A stretch of DNA of 64,000 nt from Paecilomyces variotii (taxonomy: Eukaryota), in assembly GCA_004022145.1 (NCBI GenBank), contig RCNU01000008.1. The stretch is one strand, 5' to 3'. Within the stretch, counting starts at the first letter, position 1. The number at the start of each line of letters is the position of its first letter. Below the pieces are notes generated by a model, which searched no databases, was not told where the DNA came from, and saw only the letters and a list, made by a program, of their open reading frames with translations. Positions 12,272 through 25,514 of the stretch are shown piece after piece. The translations under genes were made by a program, and so were the position numbers.

Positions 12272-13647
12272 CTACTGCGCCTTTCCAGCTTCAACCCCCG
12301 AGCTAACTCCTTCTCGTAGAGACGCCGAACTCGACTGCTCATTCAGCGCAGTTTCTTTCCCATAATCAGAGCGCAATTTGCTCATTTGCGGGAAGAAGAT
12401 TCCCGGTGGGAATATGGATAGGAGCACAGCGGGGTAGAGGACCATTCTGGAGGAAGTGTTAACTCTAGTTTAGCTTTGATCTCTTGAATTTGAGATTGAA
12501 TTGCCAGGGAAAAAGAAAGAAGAAGAAGAAGAAGAAAAAGGAAAACATACACTCCCTCGAGAGCAATAAACAGACCCTCATTCTGCATGACGGGATTGCC
12601 CCATCCACCGGACATTTCAGCGATACTATATATAATATCAGTCAGTCAGTCAGTCAGTTCTTGCATGAATCAATCATGGGGAACAACGCATATCCCCAGA
12701 AGAAGAAACAAGAGGAGGAAAACCCACCGATAAACACACCGAATCAAAATCCCCAAATACGCCAACGAAACAGCCCCAACAAAGATCCTAAACTTCCTAT
12801 CCCTCCACACACGAGCCTGTTCCCTCTTCTTTCCCATCACCACCTCCCCATCCCCATCCCCATCCCCATCCCCATCCCTACCATGATACCTCTTCGCCCT
12901 ATAGAAGAAATCCACCGACAACAGTCCAAAAATCGACAGAATCACCACCTGCAACACAATACCTGAAATGATGATATTATTCCCCGTCGGGAGCAGTTTC
13001 GGGTGCGTTTCAGCCGAGGCGTCCACGCCGCCGCCGACGCCCTGAAGGACGAGACAGAAGATGTCAAAGGGGATGAAGAGCCAGGTGTAGAGACGGGGGT
13101 TGAGACGGGAGAGGTGCGGACTGATGGCCAGCGCGATGTGTTTGAGGGTGAGGTAGATGCCGGCGCAGATGAGGGTGGGCGCGAGGATGAGGCAGACGAT
13201 TTGGATCTTGAAGCCGGTCGAAGACCATGGGTTGTTGTGGAGGATTATGCGGCCGATGTAGCCTGGAAGAAATGAAAATTAATAAATCAGCATTGCGCTT
13301 CTTCTTCTTCTTCTTCTTCTTCTTGCCAGTCCTTGATTTGATTTGATTTGATTTGATTTCCAATCTATATTTTATAATAAAATATAGAAATAAATTTCAA
13401 CAAAACAAACCGAAACCAAGTATTTAGACGCACCAACAGTCTCCAACGCAAACCCCGCCGTAACAGCAAACGCAAACGTCCACGTCTTCCTATTCACGCC
13501 CACCAAAAACGTCACCAGCGTACAGATACCAAACACCACCGCGAAGAAGACATTTGCGCCTCGATTCGGATAATAGCCCAGCGTCGTCGCCTGCACGGGA
13601 CATTGGGGAGTGACTTCGGTGCAGAGACCGAAGTGGCCGGAGGGCAT
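12272..13647 (-). CDS. RTA1/RSB1-family multi-pass membrane protein (putative lipid-translocating exporter), about 4 exons
   Basis: ATG at 13647 (MPSGHFGLC...YYPNRGAN). RTA1-type segments ALETVGY, GIVLQV and ILIRCVYRIAEMSGGW...NEGLFIALEG, split by introns containing (TTC)n tracts. Stop at 12272. Confidence 0.82.
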
Positions 13648-15084
13648 AGTTAGTCGCAAGTAAGAGAAATTCCGGATATCAATCCAGTGTGCAGGTCCGG
13701 TTTGGTCTGGTTTTCGTTTGATTCGTGTCCCTTCTAAAGAGGGAACAAAATAAAGAAAAAAGAAGGGGATCAAACTCGTAAGTAAGATGAACCGAAGCGA
13801 CGCGATAAGTAAAGTGGCGCTTGCGCTTGCGCTGGGTAGGTAAGGTAGATCTGAAACAAAATGGCCCGATTAATTAATTAAAAAGAGCAAAAAATGAAAA
13901 TAAAAAAACCAAAAAGAGAGAAAAGCGAGGATTATTATTATCACTACTACTACTACTACTCCCTCCGCACAAGCAAAACCAGCAGAGAATATACCATCGC
14001 GCAAAACATGCATGTATCATAAGTAGGCAGCAAAGATAAGACCTCGACTTTCCCAAAGTGGAAAAAGCAGAAGCAGAAGCAAAAAAAAAAAAAGAAGAAA
14101 AACTTAGTTCATTATTATTACTGACCTTCCAGACCCAGGACGTAGACGCAGGAGCTCAGTTCTCATAATAATAACAACAATAATTCAATCTTGTCTGCCA
14201 CTTCACTAAATTCGCACAGCTCGTATTTCTCGTTCATCTCGTATCGGGGCCCACTGAATAACAATATCCACGCGGGCCGACGGAGCATTTTGTTTTGTTC
14301 TTTTCTTTTCTTAGATTCGTAGTAGTCGCTATTATTATTATTATTATTATTATTATTAGACACGGATTTGGCCCCATTGTTGGCTTAGCTTAGCTAGGTA
14401 GCTAGCTTCGTTATCACTAACCGGTTAGATAGGGGAGTGGGGTAATAAATAAGCATATTAGTATTACTGTGACTACTACTGCATATAAAAGTGATACAAG
14501 ATACAAGTATCAGATTCTGCTTGTGGGGAGAAAGAACTAAAGGTCAGAGCTTCTTCTTGGTTATAACTATGTACTATAATTCGACTCGAATGTCCCGCGG
14601 AGGAAATTCTACTCATCTGTAAATGGTCATAAACTACATCTTGATAACTAAACCCAGATAATGCACATACATACATCGATACATTACATAGATACATACA
14701 TACAACAGATGCATAACCGCAAACTGGTCTGAAAATATACATTTTGTTGCCTGCGCTCAGCCTCCACTGACTTGGATTCCAACCAGCCGCGTAAAATACA
14801 GCCCCGAACGAATGGGATAAACGCCAAATAAACACCACCCAACCGACCAACCCAGCCGGTCTAGGAAAAGCAATAAAATAATCAAACTCCACGACCTTGA
14901 ATACCGACACCCGAAAACACAAGCAAAGATATAAGCACAGCCCCGTACTCCGTTCACCATGTCCCATGTAAGTGAAGCTGAGCGAGTTCCGCGTCGTGCG
15001 TCAACGTCATCTATCGTCTCTTCTGCTCGAGAATCTTTTTGTCCCAGCCCGTCATGAGCTGGGCATGCAATACCCACTAGATAT

Positions 15085-17438
15085 TTAGGACGTGGTTGCG
15101 CTCGCTCTCGCGGTGCTGCTCAGCTGGCGGTGGTACGAGCCAATAGGCTGGAAACCCCTGCGGAACAGTTAGCCTGATGGTCCCCCCAAAAAATCGCCCA
15201 GACAACAAACCTTGCGAGATCAAAACCACCCTCATCTTCGTCATCATCGTCGTCCCCCAGTCCCGGACCACCATTGGACCGACTATGATCTTTGTCGGCA
15301 CCGTTCGTGTCCGCCCGTCCCTCTTCAGGATCCCTCTTGATCGACGGCAATCGAGGCATACCAACTCCTGTACCGGGCTTGCTGGGGCTGGTGAAATTTG
15401 GCGGCGGGGGACTGCTGCTCGGCATGCCGCCCAGCCCGTCACCCAGCTCACCCTTCAGCGGGCTCATGTCTGGCACTGGCCTGGCCGGGGTGCTGCCAAT
15501 GTCGGCAAACTTCCAGAACTGCGCCGGCGAGCTCATCGGCATGAACTTGGACGGGATCTGTGCGGTGCTCGGAGGCGGAAGCCGGGGCTGCTGGCGCTGC
15601 GGCGCCGGCGTGATCATGGACGAGGGGCCGTCGTCGTAGTATGACGATGACAGGACCGGCGGCGAGTTGGCTGCGTTGTCCGACAGGCCATAGGTACGTC
15701 CAGTCGTGTTGCTCCGCGAGCGACCGGGTAAAGGAGACGGCTCTTCGTAGTCAGTTGTGGTGTTGTTATTCCGAAGATCGCGGCCGCCAGCGCGGTTACC
15801 AGCACGCGAGCCTCTCTCTGGGGTATAGGCCTCCACGGGAGCGACGGGGAAGGAGCTGAAGCCTGGCGAAGGCTGCTGCGGTGAAGTCTTGCCGGCAGAG
15901 AAGACGCTCTCGAAATTGGAATTCCCGTTGGCATTTCGGAACGCAGGACCGTCCTTCGTGGCAGGCGACGACGGTGCGGACGACTGAGTTCCTTTCCGGA
16001 GATGCTTCTTCCAGTACTCCTGCCGGTGCTCAGGCGCAATCTGCCATTTCATGCCCTTACCGGGCTCGTCGGTACGACGGGGAACTTTCTGGAAAGCCTT
16101 GTTCAGAGACAGATTATGCCGGATCGAGTTCTACAGCAGTCAGCTTGTGAATTCTTCTGGCATGAAAGCAAAGTGTAGCTCACCTGCCAACCGCTCTGCG
16201 AATGACGGTAGAAGGCATATTTATCCATGATCCAGTTGTAGATGCTGTTCAGTGTCAGCTTCTCCTCCTCGCTGGAGAAGATGGCCTGCGCAATCATCGT
16301 AGCGTAACTGTATGGCGGCTTGAGATCCTTGGCCGAGTCTTTGCTGTAATCGATCTCCTCCGTACTCTCCATCATCATGCCACGGTTATACAGCGGGGAC
16401 GGCTTGGCCGTACGCGCCCCCGCGGTATCGGGGGAGCGCGGAGGCGGCGTGACCTGCCGCTTGAGAAACTGCGGAGCAGGAGCCAAGCTGGGCTGGCCAC
16501 TGGGGCCGGCGGCTGACGCTGGATATCCGCTGTTGGATATCAAAGACATGCGCCGCTGGTGCGTCTGGGTCGGCGGCGGGTGTGCGTGCTGCGCGTCGTC
16601 CCACGAGGGAGGCTCCTCGCCGGCGGCGATGCGTTGGGCGCGTTCGACGAAGCTGGGGTGGATGTTGGCTTTATCCCCGGGCGTGACGAACATCATCTGC
16701 GTGTTGGCGATCTCGATGATATCGCCGCAGCTGATGACCGCGTCCGAACCGCGTTTCAGCATCACGTTGTTCAATCGGACGCCATTTCGACCGTTGACTC
16801 GAATGTGCCAGGAAGCCGTCTGCTCGCCATCGTAGAAAATCTCCGCATGTAGCCGTGAGACGAACTTGCTGGGGCCCAGGTCGACGTGCACCTCTGGCAG
16901 GGCGCGGGCGGCGATGGTGACGGGACTCGACTGTTCGTCCAGCTTCTGCTCGCGATCCGGGGGTCGTCCGATGTTGACATGCAGCGTCTTGACATAGTAC
17001 GTCCAGTTGCGGCCGGCAATCTTCGCGTACGCGCGGATACTCTGTTTATTCTCAGCCTTCGCGTTCGAATGATCCCGCAGCACGTTGACGTCCTCCCGGG
17101 CGACATTGAGCGACGAGATGACCGTATCGACCAGGTCCTGGTTGGCAGCCAATTCATTATCGGGCGACGAGTCGTCCGCCTCATCCGCGGACGCCGGCTC
17201 AGGTGTCTTGACTCGCGGCTGCTGTCGCGGGGGCGGCGTAGAGTGATGCTCGACCTGTTTGATTTGCAGCGATGTCAGCACGTCGTGATGAACAGCCTCC
17301 ATAACATCCGCGATCAGAACCAACCTTGCGCTTCTTGACTGATGGCCGACTGGGCGAGGAATCCGGAGCCTCCGCGTCCGAGGTTTCCTGCAGTTGAATC
17401 TCCTTGCGGCGCGTGCGACGCCTACTCGAGGGCGGCAT
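15085..17438 (-). CDS. Forkhead transcription factor with FHA domain (Fkh1/Fkh2/Sep1-like), 4 exons
   Basis: FHA domain (AYAKIAG...IGR...[15 protein letters not shown]...GRNG). Forkhead domain ([14 protein letters not shown]...[10 protein letters not shown]...[19 protein letters not shown]...KGMKW). Conserved C-terminal [14 protein letters not shown]. Confidence 0.9.
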
Positions 17439-19969
17439 GTTTGCGCGCTCTCTCTCTTTCTGTCTCTCTCTCTCTCTCTTTCTTTATCTCAGCTGCACTC
17501 CGCGCGCTTCCTCCACTCCTTCAAAGCGACCGTATGAACTCGAGCGGACTCTTCAGCTGCTGGGCGATCGCGCCGCTATCCGCGAAAGGGCGAAGAGAAG
17601 AAAACGGGGACGCACGCGATCGGAACCGAGCCAGATTGACCGGATCTCTTGAATGGCGCGAAGTTCGTTTCCTTTTTAATGGGGTGGGCGCGGGGTGGAC
17701 ACTAAGACACGGGAAAGCAAAACAAACGAGGTTGGGGAAAGGGCAGGGCAGAAAAAAAAATAATAGTTTAGTTAGTTAACTACTACTAGGTAGTTAGTTG
17801 GATGAGAGATGAGGTCAGAAAATAATAATGAGGAAGTAGGACAAAAGGAAGCAGATGGACCGCCGTCTGCCTGGATCAAATTCGCCTTCGATAAAAAACT
17901 TATCGACGAGCTGACTGACGTTCGCCACACGATGCAGAAACCGGGGATCTCAGCTGGGCTGACTAACTAAATACCAGATAAGTTAGTTATTAGTTATTGT
18001 TAACTAGGTTATGAGTTAAACCGGCTCATGAACAAACCAGATAGTAAAAAAGCAGATCACGTCGTCTGGATGGGCAGCTGTCATAAGGAATAATAATCCT
18101 CCATGCATTCAGCCTGTTGGTCGCCTGAGCACTTTCGCCGTCCTCAACCGCTCGGGAACAGGGAAAGAAAGGAAAGGAAAGAAGAAAAAGAGAGAAGACG
18201 GGCAATTAACTAGGAGATTGACCGGATCCAGAGGGAACAACAATAATAGTTAGATCTGTTTGGTTACAGTTCAAGTATTTGTGTGTGTGTGTGTATGTCT
18301 GTGTTGATGATGATCCCTTCTATTGTTTTCTGCTAGATCAGATCGATGGGAACGGATTTGTTTGTTCCTGGTGCTTTCGTCCTAGCATCGATTATTATTA
18401 CTTTTTCTTCCCCTTCCAATAATCTACCATACTCTACTGACTCCGTCATCTCCACTGGGAACTGGGACAGATGTAACTATGTATCCATTATGGATCAAGT
18501 TCCGGGCAAGGGAGAGAGACAGACAGAGAGAAAGAGGGAGAGAGGGGCTCCCGGGGACGCACTGACCGGGTAGTTAATACATAGTATTAGTAGTTACTCT
18601 ACTATGTATAACTAGATAGTCTTATTATTATTACTGCTCTGGTAGATGCAACCTGAACCAGAATCAGCCACAACATGAAAACAGACAAACAGAAAAACAG
18701 GGAAAACCCATCCACTGGCCGTAAACAGAGCGGACGAAAGGGGAAAAAAGAAGCAAGAGGAATGTTTCAAGGGAAGGTCTAGAGTACCTAGTTAACTAAC
18801 GAAACTTATCCCATCCGTCCTCGAATCTACTAATTACTCACTAACTAACTAACTAATGAACAACCAGATCAGCCGCGTCGACTTCCGCGCGCGTCTTCGC
18901 CATGTGTTGATTTTCTTGACGCACAAACGCCCACTGGTGGTCGATCGTGGATTCGACGTGCAAATGACGAACTGCTCGACCCACCAGACGCAGGTTTGTC
19001 AGATCATAATTGTGATTAACTACCTATTCATGTAATTACCTAGTTAATAATTAATGATTGTGGTACAATATAATCCGCGAGGGGCATGGTCGCATTCCGC
19101 ACGACGGATCAAGTCACGGCCACAATCAACTGACAGATGCAAGCCACTGGGGGCCACAAGAGTCTATTATTCGATTCCTTCGGAAGGAAAACAAGCAGTC
19201 CGACGGTCTAGAGTCGATCCTTGTATGCTAGGAGATCCCGGGATGGCGGTAAACTGGGGAGGGAGAAACCAGGACTTCGTAATATTCGTAAAAAAAGCGG
19301 TTGATCCAGTCCTCCTCTCCGATCTATGGCATCTTGCCAGCTGCTCTAGAACCCCGATCGAACATCGCCTCGCATCGCCGTCTTCAGCCCGACGTCAGCC
19401 GCCCGCTTCCGGCCTCGCTGGAATGATCGCCCAGCTGCCCAGCCTCCTAGGCAAGGTCCCTCCATTCCGCTCGACGGGCTTCTACTTACGTCCCCGGATT
19501 CTACGCAAACGTCGTCGAGAGCCCTGACGTTATCTAACTATATTGGCAAGGCGAGCCGTGGCGTTGCTCAGAGCTCCAGATCGATCGGATACGATTGAAA
19601 TATGATACAACACTTGAGAGAGGAGCCCAACGCTCGCAAAATAGACTCGGTTTCGGTGGTCGTTTTCCGCACGCGACCATCTCCGTACGAAGACAAAAGA
19701 GCACCCGGTCATACACAAAGGAGAGCATGAAGAAACAAACACGGCTCCACCGCCGTATTGGAAGGACAAACAGACACTCGACCGCTGCTAGTCATCAAAA
19801 ATTCGTGAGAAGGCCAAGGGGAAGAGAAGATCGATATCACAGGCGTATTGGCGGAGGATCAGAATGGTATTTGAGAGGGTGAACTGGCCATGAGTAGGAA
19901 AAAAAAGAAAAGAGAAAAAAAGAAGAAAAGTAAAACGCTAGAAGCACTTCACGTGCATGTGTCCAACAC

Positions 19970-22233
19970 TTAGTTGTCCTCGCCCGTCATCGTGGAATCG
20001 CCATCCTCCAGCCCTCGTAGGGTCGGATACAGGGGAGCACTGGGCTCTGCCTTGGCGGGCGACTCCGCTGGCTGGACCTTGATCTCCGCAGCGGACTCGT
20101 CCTCCACGCCCTCCATACGGCCCTCGTGCGCAGTCTCCCCCGCCGACCGGGGCGTGCTCTTCTCGGAGTCCTCAAAGTCGCCATTCTCCAACCGGAAGCT
20201 GATGTACTTGCGCAGATTCTCGATCAGGCGCACGTGCTCAACCCATTGCTCCTCCGCGCGGTCAGCCGCTTCCGTGGCCGCCTGGGCAGCCCGCAAGGCC
20301 GCCTCAGCGTCAGGGGAGCTGCTGCGGTGCAGAGCCGGGTCGATGAGGCTCGAGGAGATGCCCTCGGGCGACGGCTGGCGGGCTTCCAGTCCCTTGGCGG
20401 GCGGAGTGCGCGCTTCATCATCAAGCGACAGATCCATCGCCTGAGATGCACTGTCGGGACGGGCTCGCTGGAGATTGTTGCCGCCATAGCGTCTCCGGTC
20501 ATCGTTGTCGAAAATGCCGCCCAACGTCGAAGCAGGCGCAGCACTGGTCGTGCTAGGGTAGCCGGCTGACATGCTATCCGGCATCGTGGTCGACGGCAAT
20601 CGGGGATACATGCTTGAACCGGCCTCATTGGGCGGAGAAACACGATGGATCGGGGAGCGGCCAGGAGTGTACGACTGTGCGCTGGAGGGCGGCGTGAGCG
20701 CGGGAGTGCCGGTCGAGGGAGAATGAGCCGTAGTGCTGCTCATTCCGGGGGCACCGGTAGTCGTCGCGGTAGCATGGCTAGACGGCAACTGAGTAGGAGG
20801 GGAATTTGTCGTCCGGTAGCTCATGTTGCCCTGGACGTAGTGTGCCCCCGGCTGAGCGACACCGGCCGCGGCCACATGGTCATCGTTTTCATAGACGGTG
20901 GCCTGCATCTGCTCCAGGAATTGATCGAGGTTGATCAGATCATTCTTGGTGCGCGCATTGGCCATTGGGGGAAGGTGGTAACCGTGACTCGGCATAGAAC
21001 CACCAGGACTGTAGCCACCACCGGGACTACCAACTGCAACAGCAGCAGGTACATGCTGATATTCAGGAACGGCATGGTTGATTAGCGGCAGTTGGAGACC
21101 ATGCAGGCTCAGTAGACGCTGGCCGACCGCAGCATAGGAGGAGGGATCGAACTGGCGTCTCTTCAGATCGCCAAAGAACTCGTTAAGCGCCTCGTAGCCA
21201 CGCTTCTTAGATTCATACGAGGCTTGATTCACATCGGGGCCTTGGCTGAGGGTATAGTAGACATTGCCATACGAAGGGTTGGATGGCTGCTGTGGCTGCT
21301 GGGAATGATAGTACTGCGGAGCTCCGTGGCTATAACCCTGGGGTGGCATGGCGTTGATCGCAGGCTCGAAGTAGTGACCTCCGGTGGGGAAGCCTTTGTA
21401 GACAAAAGTCAGCTTCAAGTTACCAGAAGAACGAGCAACAACTTACCCTTGGGGTTACCCGGCACGCCAAACACGACATCGGGGTTCCTCGAGCCAGGCT
21501 CGGGAGATCGCACGAGAACCGAGTCATCCGCATGGGTCTTGACATGCTTCTTCAGATCCTGGGGACGCTTGAAGGCCTTTCCACAGAAGTCACACTTGTG
21601 AGGCTTCAAGGGAACATGGACTCGGATATGCGACGTGATGTGGTCGCGCTTGACCGTCGTGGTACGGCAGCTGCCCCATTGGCAGGTCAGGTTGAGGTTG
21701 TTGGTGCTCTTACGGCCAACATGTCTTTCACAAACGTGTTCCTAGGTGCCGTCAGCATCGCAGATTCCGGACAGCACGTAAATTTCTATTTTTCTTCTTT
21801 TCTTGTCGCTGAGGCTCTGATAAGACGTCGTCCGACTTCGGATCGAGTCGCTTCGTAACACCAATCAAACTCCAGATGCGATCGCACAAACGACGGGAAA
21901 ATGTCTCGAGCCAGAAGACAGGCGATGAGAAATGTATCAACTTACGTATAGGGCCTCTGGCGTGGGACAGCGTTCCGAGCATCCTTGCCAGTGACAAGCG
22001 AGATCCTCACCACTACTCGATGATCGCGCAACGTTGTTGCCGTTCTGCGCGTTACTCACTCCGATGGCTGCGGCGGCGGCAGCCTGAGCCTGCGCTGCAA
22101 CGTTTGCCGTCGACTGATCGATGGGAGTCTGCTGTTGTTGCTGCGACTGCTGTTGCGGCGTCGCAGAGGGCTGCTGAGCGACGGGCGCGGGGACGGCCGT
22201 GTTGGGGTTGGACGTGTCTTGGTGTTCCGACAT
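19970..22233 (-). CDS. pacC: pH-response C2H2 zinc-finger transcription factor PacC, 3 exons
   Basis: Three zinc fingers ([30 protein letters not shown]...[37 protein letters not shown]). [14 protein letters not shown] block, [12 protein letters not shown] region and two YPxL PalA-binding motifs (YPRL, YPTL). First intron 21742-21945. Confidence 0.97.
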
Positions 22234-22886
22234 CGCCAAGACAAATCTCTTGTCCCTTTCTTGGGCTTGCGAGCGGAGAGGAGGAGAGATATAGACACGA
22301 GCAACTCCGTTTCAGGGACGGAGCGCAGCGACACCCAAAGCACAAGAAGAAAAAGAGGGAAGCGTTGTCGATGCGGACGGGGTCCGATGATGACAAGTCT
22401 AAACTTCCCGTCGGAAATGGCTGGAAAATGGCGTCCGTTGCGGATGTGCGGATGGCGCCAGACCAGGCAGCGTCCTGCGCAGTGAGCAAAGGAAAGAAGA
22501 GTATGAGCGTCTGACTGTGAGGATCTCCTGGGGAGATAAGTGTTCACGGTGAGGATAGTGTCGACGCCTTGGACTTGCGCGCTCGAGGAGTGCACCTGGG
22601 GGATACAAGATCACACCCAGCTGGCAGAAAGGGAGCACGGGGATATAGTAGTGGTAGTGGTAGTAGATGGGTGCAGAGCAGAGCAGAAAAGAGACAGAGG
22701 ATGGACCTCAGTCAGACTCTTTTCTTGCGTAACACAAACAAAACCCCCAGACCAGCTGCAGTTGAATTACTGGGGGGATAATGATAATAATGGTCGCAAG
22801 AAGGGGGGGAAGAGACACGAGGGAAATAATGCCCAGACAGCGACCGGGCGGAGGGGGCCAGAGGGACAAGACAGGGACAAGACCGG

Positions 22887-23307
22887 GCCAAGAATCCCAG
22901 CGACGAGGCGTTCGAGCCGTATGAGCGGGCCTCGGCAGCCAGATTTGCGCCTATCGGGAGCTGCTGTGAGGCCAGCCGGGTGGCGCGGGCTGCAGAGTTT
23001 GTCTGAGAAGTCGAACCAGGAAAAAGTCGCTGCACGGACTAAGTAGTTAACTATCGCTTATGGGGAACTGGAGAGAGACAGAGAGAGAGAGACCGAGACA
23101 GAGACAGCGAGGAGAAGCAATTATTATCCACAACCAGATCTTGTCCTCTTGGCAAATGCTCTGCGGGGAGTAAGATAAGCGATACAGGATCAGCAAAAGA
23201 CTGTGTGTGACTGTGTGTGTGCCTACAAAGTTTCCTTCCTCTGGTCGGGAGTTCCTTGGCCCCGGCGGCCAAGCACGCCCAGCACCCAAGACGAGCGCGA
23301 TCTTGGC
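22887..23307. promoter_or_regulatory. Cluster of five PacC consensus sites (GCCARG) upstream of pacC
   Basis: GCCAAG at 22887 and 23268; CTTGGC at 23148, 23255 and 23302. A sixth GCCAAG lies at 22235, next to the ATG. Confidence 0.75.
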
Positions 23308-24043
23308 GACCACAGCGGATGCTGGAGGGGGACAAGGCGATGCCCCTTGGATTCGGTGCAGTCACCGTCTCGATGGTTCATTCCCCCTGGAGCCTGTGTC
23401 TGACTTAAGTTCCAGCCTTCAGACTGGTTGGAAGATCCTCACTTGGCAACTGGATGATAAGCTCTCATGAGGGGGGCGGATGCATCCCCGACGACTAGAG
23501 TATGCTCGTCAATAATTTACTAGTTACCACTGAGAAACTAGGTAGCCTCGAGGACATGCTTCTCAGGTGTCACGGCCGACACAAACCAACCTGGAGGGGA
23601 TGAAGATGCGACCAGATTGCTATCGTACAGGAAGAAACAGGGCATGGACATTCCGGACCGCGATCAATGGTCAGATCAACACCCCCCTAAAAACGCCTCC
23701 CCCATAGTTACCATCGTGAATCCTCGATAGTCAGGGCACAGCCTCAGAGAGGTTTCACGTGTAAACCGGTCTGGACAACCCGGTCCAACGGGTGTTCGTT
23801 GCGGTCATAATCCTCTTAGATACTCTTCAAGAATCGAACCCACGATCAATCCATTCACTCATGCGGTGAACCATTGATCTTACCACCCTCTTCTTTCTGG
23901 TACGACCCGTTCAAGCGGGGCTGGACTGAAGGCAATAATATATGGTATTCTGTTGGACAACGGGCATCAAATAGCCTCCGTTCCACCAAGTCCGTGTCTC
24001 CAAACCTGAACAAAAAAGAAAAAAAGAAAGAATCTCCTTATCC

Positions 24044-25101
24044 CTAATTCTTTCCCTTAGTTCTCCGTGGAGGCTGATACCAACTCCAAATATTCAACCC
24101 AACCTTCGACCCGGACGTAACCGGTAAGGCCGCGTGCCAAGTCTCCGGGTATCCTGTACCGTCCGCCCTGAGATTCTCCCAGAAAATAGCATTGCCCTTG
24201 ATCGGCTTGAATGTCACTCCACCAACTTCCTTGGCGGCGTGGCCTTCTTCTCCCTTCCCCTCCTCATCGCACTCCAGGAACCGACACCACTTCTTCTCCC
24301 GTGGCATCTTCATGCGGGGGAAGTTGGTCCCACCACCAGTGCAGTCCGCCTGAAGATACACCATGAAGGTACTGACGCGATCACCGCCAGCACGCAGATT
24401 CCCCGTCCAGTCATAATGGTTCTGATAGTGTCCCGAGACATTGTACCGTTGAGCCCACATGCGCTCGATATACATCCCAGGCCTCCAACCCTGAAAGGAA
24501 CGAGCACGCTCCTCAAGGCACCGAACAACATCATCTCGATCGAGCAAGGCACGATCCGACCGACGAACAGAGGGATCAACGCGCTCCGAAACTCCATCGT
24601 AGATGATCGAAGGCGCATACTTTCCTTCACTGGATCAAACAAAAAGAGCAATCAATCAGCTACCAAACCCTCAACCAACCAAAAAAAAAAAAAAAAAAAA
24701 AAAACGAAAGAAAAGGAAAACCCATACCTGACCCTAACCAAATGCTCCGCTTCATCCTCACTCAAAAACCCTTCTATGTAAATAACCAACGGCACCCTCG
24801 AGAAAATATGCACTTTATACCTCCCTTCCTGCTCCGGACACTCAAACGGCACATCATCCTCGAGACTTATGAATCGATCATCTGCCAGATGTAACGGCGT
24901 GCTGTACTCCCCCTCATAATCATCAATGCCATCTTCGTAATTGTACCCTCCTAGCTCGTTATTATTCCCACCAGCAGCGCGCGAATTGTCCCATTCGGGA
25001 AAGATGAATTGGAATAACGGCGCCAGAACGAAGAGGTAGACGGGGATCAGGTAGAAGAACCATGAGAGGAGGGTTGTGGCTTTTGGGAGGGAGGGCGCCA
25101 T
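24044..25101 (-). CDS. Prolyl 4-hydroxylase-like 2OG-Fe(II) oxygenase with N-terminal membrane anchor, 2 exons
   Basis: P4H motifs PLVIYIEGFLSEDEAEHL, QRY...HYD, RVSTFMVYL...GGGTNFP, KPIKGNAIFW and HAALPV..G.K. Intron 24630-24727. Confidence 0.85.
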
Positions 25102-25490
25102 TATGCTGATAGTAGTAGTAGCAGTAGTTGACAGTAGTATGTTCTGGTCCGATCGTTCAGATTATCTTTCTTAGATATGGTTCTGCCGGTGCGATTCGAT
25201 GCGCATGCGTAGGTACACGATTCCGTTCCCTCGAAGGGCGCTCAAGCTAGTAAATCTGCATTATGTATCCAGGATTCTCGGATCGTTTCGTTATCAAGAC
25301 CAATTGACAAGATCTGAACCAACTACTAAGTAACGAGGAGTTGTCGTTGTAGTTAGTTAGTTAGTACGAGACAGCGGACAAGCCGGAGATTCGGATAGGG
25401 CTTTCATGCAGGAACGCGTGACGCTCTGGACAGTGGAGCTGGCGCCACGGCAAGGTTTACTTTAAAAAAAAAACCACCACCACCACCACC

Positions 25491-25514
25491 TTATCTCAGT
25501 AAGCTCAGACCCTC
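25491..25514 (+). repeat. Left terminal inverted repeat TTATCTCAGTAAGCTCAGACCCTC
   Basis: Reverse complement of 55208-55231 at 23/24 positions. Confidence 0.93.

Noticed and set aside
12110-14360. Poly-A, (AAG)n, (ATT)n and (CCCCAT)n tracts and the Lys/Phe/Asn-rich ORFs they create
   Set aside because: Ordinary microsatellites, mostly in introns and intergenic DNA; the (CCCCAT)n run adds a GD repeat to a loop of the RTA1 protein. The extra ORFs are artefacts.
17440-19960. Short ORFs (e.g. 19054-19527) and single CGCGAAA (17581) and GTAAACA (18721) motifs upstream of the forkhead gene
   Set aside because: No recognisable domains or splice structure, and isolated 7-mers are expected by chance.
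5078-23470. Many antisense and alternative-frame ORFs overlapping the real genes
   Set aside because: Shadow ORFs caused by GC-rich codon usage of the opposite-strand genes.
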